Positions 52,678 to 62,730 of a DNA stretch of 64,000 nt are shown in pieces; within the stretch, counting starts at the first letter, position 1, and each line of letters starts with the position of its first letter. The stretch is from Candidatus Bathyarchaeota archaeon (lineage in GTDB: Archaea > Thermoproteota > Bathyarchaeia > Bathyarchaeales > Bathycorpusculaceae): assembly GCA_963717465.1 (NCBI GenBank), contig OY970340.1, forward strand, positions 416,001-480,000. The letters run 5' to 3'. The notes beneath the pieces were generated by a model that saw only the letters and a list, made by a program, of their open reading frames with translations, made no database searches and was not told the DNA's origin. A program made the position numbers and the translations under genes.

Positions 52678-53985
52678 TTACCAATAATCAGCCATGTTCA
52701 TTTGTTGAACTCTTCTCCGAATCGTCTGCTTTGGTGCCAAGTCAGTTTGCGGTGCCGAGTTATTTGGTGCTAAAACAAGCTGCCCGTAAACTCCATCATA
52801 ACCAGGCGCCACTTTAGCCAAGCCATCGCGCACTTTAACAATCGCGTCAGCGATAGAGATGTCAACAGTAGCAGCTAACAGTTCTTTTGGAATGTCGATG
52901 AGAACAGTGTATTCATCACCGAATTTGTTGATTAGCATGTTGTAGATTTTCCAGACTGCTTGAGTTGACGGTGAATCTGAGCCTAATACAGCAGCAATTA
53001 TTTCCGAGAGAGGAAGCAAACGCAAAAACCCCGGTGCGCCCTCACGTTTAAAGTCACATGGGCGGTCAGCAAGCTCTTCGACCCGTTGCTCAACGCCTTT
53101 AGTTAGTTTTTTACGGCAAACTGGGCAAACGTTTCCGAATTTTATTGCCTCCTGAGGAGATAGGCTTATTTTGCAGTTTCGATGTCCAGTCCAATGGTAT
53201 TTTCCGTAAGCCGGGTCAGTTTCAATAGTTAACTTGAAACGTTTCGAATCGTTACTTCTAATTGCGCCGATAACTTCGTTGTAGCTTAATTTGTCAAGTT
53301 CAAAAACGTTAGCTTCCCTGCCGATACGCCACGGCCAAAAACTGTGGCAGTCACTGTTTGAAACAAGCGCAAACCTATCCAACGTGCTTAAACGCCAATT
53401 CATCGGTGGATCAGATGACAAACCAGTTTCAAGTGCATGAATATGCTTAGTCATATCTTGATAGCAATCGTCTATGCTGTCAAACCCGCTGAACGCGCCG
53501 AAAAGGCTAAACCAAGGCGTCCAAGCATGGGCAGGAAAAATAAAGTTTTCATTTGAAATAGCCATGACTTCCTCAACGAGTTGCGGTGCAGTCATGTTCA
53601 GCATTGGTCTGCCATCTGAAGCTAAATCACCATAACGCTTAAGAGAATCATTAACCTGTTCGGCTGTTTCCAAGCTGGGAGTCAAGATTACATGATGAAT
53701 TTTTTTAGATTCGTTTTTGAAATTAAAGATTGTACAAACTTCAGTAGTTAACATAAATCTGATGGGCAAGTCAGGGTTACTGACGACTGAGTAGAGGTTG
53801 GTATCTTGAATGGGAGATAGGGATTCTTTTATTTCCTTTAGCCACTTCGGATGAGTAAAATCACCCGTGCCTACAACGTGTAAACCTTTAATTTTGGCAT
53901 AACGGGCAATCTCAGGCAAGTTCATCTGGTTACTTGTTGCTCGACTGTAACGACCATGAATATGCAAATCGGCTATGGTTCTCAA
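52678..53985 (-). CDS. endoQ: Endonuclease Q (PHP + Zn finger)
   Basis: ADLHIH..YSRAT, GTGDFTHP, PAHAWTPW, SNSDCHS, GKYH..GHR.C, CPVC, PGYDG.YG. Confidence 0.92.
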   Translation of the reverse strand: MRTIADLHIHGRYSRATSNQMNLPEIARYAKIKGLHVVGTGDFTHPKWLKEIKESLSPIQDTNLYSVVSNPDLPIRFMLTTEVCTIFNFKNESKKIHHVILTPSLETAEQVNDSLKRYGDLASDGRPMLNMTAPQLVEEVMAISNENFIFPAHAWTPWFSLFGAFSGFDSIDDCYQDMTKHIHALETGLSSDPPMNWRLSTLDRFALVSNSDCHSFWPWRIGREANVFELDKLSYNEVIGAIRSNDSKRFKLTIETDPAYGKYHWTGHRNCKISLSPQEAIKFGNVCPVCRKKLTKGVEQRVEELADRPCDFKREGAPGFLRLLPLSEIIAAVLGSDSPSTQAVWKIYNMLINKFGDEYTVLIDIPKELLAATVDISIADAIVKVRDGLAKVAPGYDGVYGQLVLAPNNSAPQTDLAPKQTIRRRVQQMNMADYW

Positions 53986-54171
53986 GTTTAGCGCCTTAAC
54001 CCTAACGTGGCAGATAACCATTTTAAGGCTTTGCTGAATCAACGATGAATCTCTTGCAGGTCAGCAGCTCGTACTTTATTCTTTAATCAATAAAAGCCAG
54101 TTACTCAATTATTCAAGTTCTTGATTGCTTATTAGTCGAGTAATTAGGTTTGCCAAACAAAATCCAAGCAT

Positions 54172-54954
54172 TTAAGCTATTTGAAGTTCCACACGGTCTC
54201 CAACTTTTACTTTCAACTTTTCTGACGCGCTTCCTTGATTTAGGGCAATTTCCAAAAATCCATGACTTCCAACCAATAAAAGAGCTTCATATCGTTTAGC
54301 ATCTGCATAAGTCTTACCCATATTCACTCTAAAGTTTTGATTCTTTAATTTAATTTTAATTGCGTCTTTAGCTTCGTTTCGGTTAAACTCTTTACAGTTG
54401 ATATTTGTTATTATGTTGCCGAATGAATCTATATACAAAACTTCACCAAGCAATGCGCCGTTTTTTCGCTGGACATTGAGAAAATCAGGTTCTATAACAT
54501 CGGAGATTTCATTGCCGAACTCGGTGGGTTTTACACCTTTGTCCAAATAGGCGGCTGCTGGTGCAAAAATGTCTCTTCCATGAAAAGTGCTTGAAACGTT
54601 GGGTAGCATAAACTGTGGATTTGTCAGGTCATATACATGCTTGATGCCTTGACTTTTTGCGGCTAAAATTAAAAGGCCATTATCTGGTCCTATGAAAAAG
54701 TTTTCATTTGTTTGTATGAGTATTGGGCGCCTTTTTGTTCCAACGCTTGGGTCAACAACTGCTAAATGAATGGTTCCTTTTGGAAAGTAAGATGAGGCTG
54801 AGGCTAAGATGAATGCACCTTGGCGTGTGTTGAATTTTTCGATGTCATGGGTTATGTCGATTATTTTGGCTTCAGGGTTAATGTTTAGTATCGTGGCTTT
54901 CATTTGGGCTACGTAGGGGTCTTTGAGACTGAAATCGCTAGTTAAAGTAATCAA
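54172..54954 (-). CDS. SAM hydroxide adenosyltransferase (DUF62)
   Basis: TLTSDF, VVDP.VGT.R, GPDNG, STFHGRDIF, IDSFGN. Confidence 0.93.
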   Translation of the reverse strand: MITLTSDFSLKDPYVAQMKATILNINPEAKIIDITHDIEKFNTRQGAFILASASSYFPKGTIHLAVVDPSVGTKRRPILIQTNENFFIGPDNGLLILAAKSQGIKHVYDLTNPQFMLPNVSSTFHGRDIFAPAAAYLDKGVKPTEFGNEISDVIEPDFLNVQRKNGALLGEVLYIDSFGNIITNINCKEFNRNEAKDAIKIKLKNQNFRVNMGKTYADAKRYEALLLVGSHGFLEIALNQGSASEKLKVKVGDRVELQIA

Positions 54955-54960
54955 TTAAGT

Positions 54961-55245
54961 TTAGCCTCCGTGAACCACGGGGATAAAGACTATTTCGTCT
55001 CCAGCGTTAATTTTTGTTGATAGACCGCCAAGTACACTTATTTCTTTGCCGTTAACGAGAATTAACGCGTTAGGCTTAGGCTCAACTTGACCCGTGTCTA
55101 TTAGACTATTTTTTAACGCGGGTTTCTCTTGGCCAATTGCGTTTATAAAGTCAATAATCGATGAGCCTTTTGTGCATTTGAAAGATTGCTTTTTTTCTCC
55201 TGAAAGAAGACTAAGTTCACCGATGAACTTTACAGTAACGGACAT
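54961..55245 (-). CDS. MoaD/SAMP ubiquitin-like protein
   Basis: ILVNGKEI, GDE, C-terminal HGG. Confidence 0.9.
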   Translation of the reverse strand: MSVTVKFIGELSLLSGEKKQSFKCTKGSSIIDFINAIGQEKPALKNSLIDTGQVEPKPNALILVNGKEISVLGGLSTKINAGDEIVFIPVVHGG

Positions 55246-55321
55246 CTGTTTTTCTTACTCACTTTAAATTAGAAGCCACTTCGTTAAAAAATTATTTGCC
55301 GTTTAACATCGAAACGTGAGA

Positions 55322-55717
55322 CTAATTTTCTATTTTCTCTTCGGTTATGGTTTCAACTATGTCTGTTGCGATTCCTAAAAGTGTACCAGCTTGCTTCACC
55401 ATAAGATCGCTGTTCACTTCCTCCAATTGAGACAGTTGCTGGGTAATTGATTCGATCTCCATTAGGAAGCGCAGAACGGAGTCTTTGGTGAGCGGTTGCT
55501 TGAGAGATTCTTCTCGAACCAAAATTTCAATAAATGCGGGTTCACCCAAGCTATAATATATGGCGCTTCTGGCTTTTCTGATGGATTCAAGCACTAGGCT
55601 GGATGCCATATAAGGCATTTTTCGTGCTGCTTCCAGTTCAGCCTTTGCTTCACGAATGTAACGAAGCGCCCATCCTTTTCTGTAAGCGTCCATCATGAAA
55701 ATTTCTTTTCCATTCAT
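55322..55717 (-). CDS. Helical hypothetical protein (weak HEPN-like N-terminus)
   Basis: W..RY..EA..EL..A pattern; no RxxxxH. Confidence 0.55.
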   Translation of the reverse strand: MNGKEIFMMDAYRKGWALRYIREAKAELEAARKMPYMASSLVLESIRKARSAIYYSLGEPAFIEILVREESLKQPLTKDSVLRFLMEIESITQQLSQLEEVNSDLMVKQAGTLLGIATDIVETITEEKIEN

Positions 55718-55722
55718 CCAGC

Positions 55723-55963
55723 TTATTCGGATGTTTCTATTTCTTCTTCAACGTCACTTTCTCTTTCTAGAACCGGTTTGAGCTAATGCATTAGTGCGTG
55801 TTATGTATCCAGCAACCTGGTTTCTTACACGTACCGTTGCGCCTTCTGTTAACGAGCTAACCGTGCGTTTGTTCTCGTCAAAGTTAGTGCCAAATTTGTC
55901 TGGAAAACGCGCCATTAGCGCCTTCCCGAGTCTTTTAATCTGTTCAGTCTTAACCTTTCCCAG
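55723..55963 (-). CDS. rps17e: 30S ribosomal protein S17e (CTG start; probable frameshift near 55769 hides an acidic tail)
   Basis: GKVKT..IKR, F..NFDENK, VRNQVAGYIT; GGAGG 7 nt upstream of CTG. Confidence 0.92.
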
Positions 55964-56116
55964 TATTATTCCTCCGTCATCGCTTGTTTGTTTGCCAACG
56001 CTTATTAGCGTAAAAGCAACTTTCAATAGAATACAGGCTTAATTATAGGTTGCGCATAATCAAAACAAATTCAGTCTAATTATACAAGCAAAGCATTAAA
56101 GAACCTGATGTTGATG

Positions 56117-56896
56117 TTAATGGATTTTTATGTTAAAGAAAGCTTCAAAGTTCCTAACTATTTGCTCAGCAGCCTCTTCAACTGGAATCTTTTTTATTCC
56201 AGCAACTGACTCAACGACTGAACGAATAAAAGAGGGTTTAGTTAATTGCCCATTATAGGGGCGTTTCCAATAAGTCACCGGCCCATCGGTTTCTGTCAAC
56301 AGATTAGTTATCGGTGTGTTTGAAACAACTTCTCGAAGGCCCTTTGAGTATGTTAAAGGTGGCCCTTCTGTTATATAATATCCGTAATTTATAGCTTTGA
56401 ACAATGCGTCCATTGGATAGCTAAACCAATGCAGCAAGACACGTTTAAGATTGTAAGATGGAAGCATATCAACGATTTTATCAGTTGTTCCCCTTGAATG
56501 AACAATAACGGGTAAGCTAAGTTTTTCAGCTAAATGAAGCATGGCTTCAAAGACTGTCATTTGCTCTTTCCATATTGCCTCATACTTGTAATCTAAACCT
56601 ATCTCGCCAATCGCTAGTACCCTGCTTTTTTGGGCTTGATCACTGATAAAACTAATCGTTTCTTCAAGCTCGTTTTCTTTCAGCATCTTTACATTCCAAG
56701 GGTGAATTCCTAAAGCAGGATAAACAAATTCTGGATATTTTTCAGCCAGTTGCATATCATTGATACATGTTTTAAGGTCAACTGAATTTGTAACCAGCGC
56801 TATTACGCCAGCGTCTTTGGCGTCCTCTATGAGTTCATCTACGTGGCCCGTGTACTCAGAATCGGAAAGGTGAATATGGGCATCTATCAGCTTCAT
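56117..56896 (-). CDS. tatD: TatD-family nuclease
   Basis: IDAHIH, GIHP, IGEIGLD, HSR, ETDGP. Confidence 0.92.
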   Translation of the reverse strand: MKLIDAHIHLSDSEYTGHVDELIEDAKDAGVIALVTNSVDLKTCINDMQLAEKYPEFVYPALGIHPWNVKMLKENELEETISFISDQAQKSRVLAIGEIGLDYKYEAIWKEQMTVFEAMLHLAEKLSLPVIVHSRGTTDKIVDMLPSYNLKRVLLHWFSYPMDALFKAINYGYYITEGPPLTYSKGLREVVSNTPITNLLTETDGPVTYWKRPYNGQLTKPSFIRSVVESVAGIKKIPVEEAAEQIVRNFEAFFNIKIH

Positions 56897-57091
56897 TTTT
56901 TCCGCGCGTTATTAATAACAATTGAGCATTTTAAAATTTTCTTTCGTTGCAAGTCAGAATCGCGCAGTGCCGTGTCATTCTCCCCTTGCTCATTGCTGAT
57001 TCGTCAGATTAGAAAATGTAAATTACAAATCGTTCTCATAGGTAAGCTTAAATATTGCTTTAAAATGAAAAAGAAGCACGGAGTAGTCCTT

Positions 57092-57313
57092 ATGACAGAA
57101 TTAGAAATAGCTGCAGCCCCCATGCACAGATTATGCAAAAAAGCTGGGGCTGATAGAGTAAGTGAAGCTGCGGCAAAAGAACTTGCCAAAGCATTAGAGG
57201 AAATTGGCGTTAAAATCGCTAAAGAAGCATTAGATTTCGCCATGCACGCTGGAAGAAAAACTATCAAAGCAGAAGACATTGAAATAGCATCAAAAAAAGT
57301 CATGGGAAAATAA
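57092..57313 (+). CDS. Archaeal histone (HMf family)
   Basis: [17 protein letters not shown]...[12 protein letters not shown]. Confidence 0.95.
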   Translation: MTELEIAAAPMHRLCKKAGADRVSEAAAKELAKALEEIGVKIAKEALDFAMHAGRKTIKAEDIEIASKKVMGK

Positions 57314-57371
57314 CTTTACAGTTAATTCCCTTCATAGTTCTTCCCTTATTTTCTTTTTTCCAAGTTAAGAT

Positions 57372-58124
57372 TTAGAATTTCTCTGAAGAGTCCCATAGAA
57401 ACTGGAAATATTCTCGTGCGAACCCGACTAAACCCAGATGGTTACTCCATATAATTAAGCTTGGTTTATCTTCACCTAAAAAAAGCAGAGCTTCTTTGCC
57501 GTCAACGATTACGCCGCCGCCGAACATGTGATCTCTAAGTCGAAACTCGTTTACTGCATTCAGCTTTTTTATGAATAGCCATTCATCACTTGAACCTGCA
57601 GCCATCAATTTAATGCTGACAGTTTTTTTCAATCCATTGCTCAACAATGGGTTAGCCGTTAGAATTATGGATTTGGCAAATTGAGGCGCTGCAACAACAA
57701 CCTCTTTTGTGGCTTTTGCAAAGGCTTCTTCAAGCTTAGTTAAAACCGCTTGTTGGCCTCGAAGTATCAAAATATCAGGTCGTTCAACCAACTCATGTTT
57801 TTCATACAATGGTTGAAGTTCCTCAGCAGCTGTATTCTCCCATTTAGCGAATTTGTCTTCCAGCTTAAGCTTCGTGAACTGCGTTGCCTCGAGTGGTGGA
57901 ACAGGGTAATACTTGAACGGGCGGGTTTCGCTGCTTTTTATCCAGCCTTTTTCTTTCAGGGAATTAAGCACTTCGTAAATTTTTGAGTAAGGAACAGCGG
58001 CGTCTTTACTTATTTTCATCGCTGTCATTTCCTCACCTATCAGTAAAGTTATGTAAGCGTCAATCTCGTAGGCGTTTAAACCCATTTCCTGCAGCACTTC
58101 ACGGGTATTCTTGTCTATTGACAT
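57372..58124 (-). CDS. TrmB-family transcriptional regulator
   Basis: GLNAYEIDAY, VPYSKIYEVL, IVDGKE, YFQFLW. Confidence 0.9.
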   Translation of the reverse strand: MSIDKNTREVLQEMGLNAYEIDAYITLLIGEEMTAMKISKDAAVPYSKIYEVLNSLKEKGWIKSSETRPFKYYPVPPLEATQFTKLKLEDKFAKWENTAAEELQPLYEKHELVERPDILILRGQQAVLTKLEEAFAKATKEVVVAAPQFAKSIILTANPLLSNGLKKTVSIKLMAAGSSDEWLFIKKLNAVNEFRLRDHMFGGGVIVDGKEALLFLGEDKPSLIIWSNHLGLVGFAREYFQFLWDSSEKF

Positions 58125-58229
58125 TCAAATCCCCCAAATCACCGTAGTAAACGTGTGGAAACCTTTTATTATTTAATCGATATGCTCTTAAACACTTCGA
58201 AAGAGCTAAGTCACTAGAAGGCAAAACAA

Positions 58230-59717
58230 ATGAAGGATATAAAAACCACTAAGAGTATTTGCCCTGAATGCCTGAAAGTTTTAGACGCAACAATCTTTGA
58301 AAACGACGGAAAAGTTTTCATCAAGAAACAATGCCCCGAACATGGAGCGTTTGAAGAGTTATACTGGTCTGATTATGAACAATACATGCGGGCAGAAAAG
58401 TTCAGAAGCGAAGGCGATGGATTAGAGAACCCTCGCACAAAAAAAGTGAACGGTTGCCCAAACGATTGTGGTATATGCCCTGAGCATAAATCACACACTG
58501 CCCTTGCAATCATCGATTTAACGAACAGGTGTAATCTTACCTGCCCAATTTGCTTTGCTAACGCTGCAGCGGCAGGATACGTTTACGAGCCAACTCAAGA
58601 GCAGATTATAGGAATGCTTGAGAACCTTCGAGCCAACAAGCCTGTTGCAGCCACGGCGCTTCAGTTCTCTGGCGGGGAACCGACAATCCGCAAAGACCTT
58701 CCGGAAATGATTCGAAAAGCCAAAGAACTTGGTTTTCAGCATGTGGAAGTAAACACGAATGGGCTTCGACTCGCACAAAGTGTTGATTATTGTAAAGAAT
58801 TGAAAGCGGCAGGCTTGAGCACTATTTATCTTCAATTCGACGGGTTAACATCGGATGTTTACAAGTTCATACGCGGTGTTGATCTACTTGATATAAAGAT
58901 GAAGGCCATTGAAAACCTTCGTCAAGCAGGATACTCCAGCGTCGTCCTGGTAGTCACCCTGGTTAAAGGCGTAAACGATAGCCAATTGGGCGACATAATT
59001 AATTTTGCAGCTAAAAACTTTGATGTAATTAGATGCATAAATGTGCAGCCAGTTTCACTTTGCGGAAGGCTACCGCAGAAGGATCGAGAGAAAATGCGCA
59101 TAACTATTCCTGATTTCATGCATCTGGTTGAGGAGCAAACAAAAGGCGTAATAAAAGTTTCAGACTTCTATCCTGTGCCCACGGTTGTTCCAGTATCCAA
59201 AGCTATAGGTGCACTAAAAGGAAAAAGATACTTAGAATTCACTGCGCATCCCCATTGTGGCACTGCAACTTACCTTCTAATTGATAATGGCAAGATTAAA
59301 CCAGTTACGGAATTCGGAAACGTTGACAAATTCATGGCGAGCATGGCTAAGGTCTATGAAACTGCAAGCAAAGGAAGCAAAACCAAAGCTAAGCTTCAAC
59401 TCGTCGGTTCAATGCGGTATGTAAAATTCAGCTTGCTTAGAAAAATGGCAGGAGTGCTAACCAAGGGTGATTATAAGTCTCTTGGCGACCTGCAAAGACA
59501 ATCAATCCTGCTTTCAGCAATGCACTTCATGGATCCATACAACTTTGACCTTGAAAGAGTCCAAAGATGCCTAATACACTACGCTGTTCCAGATGGCAGG
59601 ATAATTCCATTCTGCACAATGAATTCCATACATAGAGCTTCCGTGGAAAAGAAACTTGGCATTCCAATCAAAGAATGGAAAGAGAAGCATAAGGTTGAAA
59701 TAACTCAAACATTCTAG
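58230..59717 (+). CDS. tes: Tetraether lipid synthase Tes / GDGT-MAS (MJ0619 family radical SAM)
   Basis: SICPEC...CPEHG rubredoxin-like site, GCPNDCGIC..H, CNLTCPIC, HPHC, FMD.YNFD.ERV.RC..HY..PDGRIIPFC. Confidence 0.88.
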   Translation: MKDIKTTKSICPECLKVLDATIFENDGKVFIKKQCPEHGAFEELYWSDYEQYMRAEKFRSEGDGLENPRTKKVNGCPNDCGICPEHKSHTALAIIDLTNRCNLTCPICFANAAAAGYVYEPTQEQIIGMLENLRANKPVAATALQFSGGEPTIRKDLPEMIRKAKELGFQHVEVNTNGLRLAQSVDYCKELKAAGLSTIYLQFDGLTSDVYKFIRGVDLLDIKMKAIENLRQAGYSSVVLVVTLVKGVNDSQLGDIINFAAKNFDVIRCINVQPVSLCGRLPQKDREKMRITIPDFMHLVEEQTKGVIKVSDFYPVPTVVPVSKAIGALKGKRYLEFTAHPHCGTATYLLIDNGKIKPVTEFGNVDKFMASMAKVYETASKGSKTKAKLQLVGSMRYVKFSLLRKMAGVLTKGDYKSLGDLQRQSILLSAMHFMDPYNFDLERVQRCLIHYAVPDGRIIPFCTMNSIHRASVEKKLGIPIKEWKEKHKVEITQTF

Positions 59718-59751
59718 ATTTCAAGAAAATCCCTTGAAAGGTTGAAAAGAT

Positions 59752-60087
59752 ATGGGTGGAAAAAAGAAGCTCGGCATAAAACAGATGGAAAAGCAACAGG
59801 CTAAGACAGACGATGATGAAAAAGGAAAAGAAAAGAAAAAAGATAAAGCAGCAGCACCGCCAAAAGAAAGAAAATCCATAGGCATTGTATCTCCAGATGC
59901 GAAAAATGACAAAATAGTTAGTGAAATAAAGAAGATGAACGTTTTAACACCTTACGCCGTCGCAACAAAATTCGGCATCAGAATAAGTATTGCCAAGGAT
60001 TTCTTGGAGCAACTTGAAGCAAACGGTTCAGTTCAACTTGTATCTGGAAGCCACAACATAAAAATTTACAAACCTGCAGCCGCCTAA
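59752..60087 (+). CDS. rps25e: 30S ribosomal protein S25e
   Basis: MGGKKK, K-rich N-terminus, TPY.VA....ISIAK..L..L...G.V. Confidence 0.85.
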   Translation: MGGKKKLGIKQMEKQQAKTDDDEKGKEKKKDKAAAPPKERKSIGIVSPDAKNDKIVSEIKKMNVLTPYAVATKFGIRISIAKDFLEQLEANGSVQLVSGSHNIKIYKPAAA

Positions 60088-60117
60088 TCTATCCACGATT
60101 TTTAATATAATTTTTAT

Positions 60118-60624
60118 TTGGTTTTGGAGGTTTACTTCAGTTTGGAAAAATTTCCTGAAAAAGTTTACACTACTGCTGAAGTAAAAAAGGCTAAAAAACT
60201 TTTAGATGAAGGCTACAAGCACACTTTAACGGTTGAAGGAAGTCAAAGTTTTAAAGAAAAAGTTAATCAAGCCTTGGAATTGACTAAAACAGCTGGGTAC
60301 TACGATTTTTTAAGGACTTACATCAGGCAAATTATCGAGATTGATGGTATAACTCAACTTCGAGAAACAGAAGTCGCCATCTGGACAAACAATTTTGCAG
60401 TAGAAAATCCGGTTGACGCAGCAAGCCTATTCATTCAAAAAGCTCACCAAACGAAAGAATACTTGGAGGGCGAACTGTATTACGGTGGCAACGCTGAAAA
60501 AAGGTCAGTTACAAAACGCATCGAGTTTTTAGAAAAGCTTAACGAGAAAAGCAAAGACCAAAACATAAAAGAAGAATGCCAAAAACTTTTGCAGATGTGG
60601 AAAGACAGCTCATTGAATTTTTAG
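60118..60624 (+). CDS. Hypothetical protein
   Basis: 168-aa ORF with typical codon usage, convergent with the next gene. Confidence 0.6.
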   Translation: MVLEVYFSLEKFPEKVYTTAEVKKAKKLLDEGYKHTLTVEGSQSFKEKVNQALELTKTAGYYDFLRTYIRQIIEIDGITQLRETEVAIWTNNFAVENPVDAASLFIQKAHQTKEYLEGELYYGGNAEKRSVTKRIEFLEKLNEKSKDQNIKEECQKLLQMWKDSSLNF

Positions 60625-61013
60625 CTTATCAACTCTACTTTTATTGCAGTACCACTTTTAACCTGCTTAAAGATCTCAAGGTTTTTGCTTATTTTGCCAA
60701 GGATACTTACTGGACTGTAAGGTTGCGATTTGCCATAGAATATGCATAATGCGCTGCCTATCGGCCAAAAAGCAATAGCACCAGTTTCCACTGTAGATTT
60801 TGCTTTTTCTTCACCCATTTTTATTGGGATTTCAAAGTAAACTTCCTCTTTGTATAGAGCAGATCTGCCCTCAACTGGAAGCCTACGAACTAAAGTGTCA
60901 ATTGTTCTAGGAGCCAAAAACCTTACTAATTCGCCTTCAGCTTCTCCTAAACCTTCAATTACAAACTTAATTTTTATGCGTGAAATATCTTCTTCATTAC
61001 CCAAATTCTTCAT
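60621..61013 (-). CDS. Cyclophilin-like fold protein (DUF369/TM1367)
   Basis: APRT, LP, EVYF, G.IAFWP.G.ALCIFYG, PV..LGK. Confidence 0.85.
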   Translation of the reverse strand: MKNLGNEEDISRIKIKFVIEGLGEAEGELVRFLAPRTIDTLVRRLPVEGRSALYKEEVYFEIPIKMGEEKAKSTVETGAIAFWPIGSALCIFYGKSQPYSPVSILGKISKNLEIFKQVKSGTAIKVELIS

Positions 61014-61143
61014 GCATCCTTAACAGAAAATTATCAATAAATTATATTGACAAGTAAAATCTAGTGCGGAAGTTCATATTTAACTCTTACACTAATCTTG
61101 CCATCAACCTTGAAACCAGTGCGAATAAAAAAGTGTTTTCAGG

Positions 61144-62247
61144 CTATAAAAGCCCTAAAAGTGTTTTTCCAATAAACGTTATTTGTTCATCGGTGACTCC
61201 TGGATGAATCGGCAGAGAGAACACTTCTTTTGAAGCTTTTTCAGTGCATGGAAGTTTGCGACTAACAAAGTTTTCCTTGTAAAACGGCATCTGATGGACA
61301 GGGTTAATGTAGTAAACTTCAGCGCTTATGCCTTTGTTGTGCAGTTCATCAACTATTTTGTTGCGTTCTGCTTCAGTGCCATCCTTTAGTCGGACAGTGT
61401 ACAGGTACCAGCTATGCAACTGATTCTTCGATTCGGAAGGCAGTTGAAGTCAACTGTTTTTGCACAGGATTTTTGTTAATTGTTCTGCGTTTTGTCGGCG
61501 TTTGGCAGCAAAGGAGGGCAACTTTTCCAGTTGCACGATGCCTATGGCAGCTTGAATTTCAGACATGCGGTAATTGTTTCCCAGCATCATTGATGAATAC
61601 TTGGCTTTTTCACCATGAGTTCTAATCATCTTTAAAGTTTCAGCTACCGCATCATTGTCTGTAGTGATGACTCCGCCCTCGCCGGTAGTAATGTTCTTGC
61701 TTGCATACAGACTCCAGCATGCGACATCGGAAAACTTGCCAGCGGGTTTTCCATTGTAAGTTGCACCGTGAGCCTGCGCTGCATCCTCAATCAAAGCCAG
61801 ACCATGTTTAGAAGCGATCTCTCGAAGGGGTTTCATATCAGCACTATACCCATAAAGATCCACAGGTAATATTGCCTTAGTTTTCTTGGTTAACGCTTTT
61901 TCCACTGCTTCTGGAGAAAGATTGAAGGTTTCAGAGTCTATATCGGTGAATACGGGTTTTCCTCCAGCTAAGATAACTGCTTCTGCTGTTGCTACAAAAG
62001 TGAAGCTTGGCAATACTACTTCATCGCCCTGCTTTACACCCATAGCTGCAACGGCAGAATGCAAGGCAGCGGTTCCAGTGTTCATTGCTATGGCATGTTT
62101 AACGCTCGCGAACTTGGCATAGTTGCGTTCGAATTCGGTGACCATTGGCCCCGCTCCAAGTCCGCTTGTTAACATTCCGCTTCTTAGAACTTTAACAACT
62201 GCTTGAACTTCTTCTTCTCCGATTTTGGGCAAATTAATTGGAATCAA
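61144..62247 (-). CDS. DegT/DnrJ/EryC1/StrS PLP aminotransferase with one in-frame TGA at 61450-61452
   Basis: GTAALH, FTFVAT, EDAAQAHGA, SKNITTGEGG, NYRMSE, SLPIHP; the two ORFs are in the same frame. Confidence 0.88.
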
Positions 62248-62730
62248 CCGACTAACCTCTTTAGGGGTAAAATATTGTCGTCTCAAGTTATATTCATTTT
62301 CTTAAGATAAGTAAAATTTAGCCTTGCTAAGAAAAAACTGCAAGATGAAATTCATAAATCTTATTCTTATACCGACTTGAAATAGCACAACAACATAAGT
62401 TGGAATAACACCATAGTATTCAGTCTAACAATCTCACCCACAAGCGTCTCTGCAACTATTAGCCGATACATGCACACCAGCAGCAACAATGAAGTGACTT
62501 TTAACTTCGTCGGCACAACATCAGGTTCATAAATAACAAATTCAAATGCCAATGGTCCTCCGGTAAATGGATAAGCTACATTATTTATCTTTAAACTGTT
62601 AGGTAATACAAATTTTCCATAACAAGTATTTACAGCTAATCAGGCTCAGCACTAAGCATTCAAGTTCCATCGACAATTACTCTAACGTCATTGCATTAAA
62701 AAAGAAAAAAGGGAATTGTTGTGGGGTCGG

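Noticed and set aside
56843..57091. Long or Lys-rich N-terminal tail on the histone (156-aa [12 protein letters not shown] from 57065)
   Set aside because: A TATA-like TTAAATA at ~57049 and GGAG at 57080 point to ATG 57092; the upstream frame is probably untranslated
62340..62700. ORF 62367-62552 and a short S/T-rich + strand frame
   Set aside because: No credible start or motif; at most a decayed remnant
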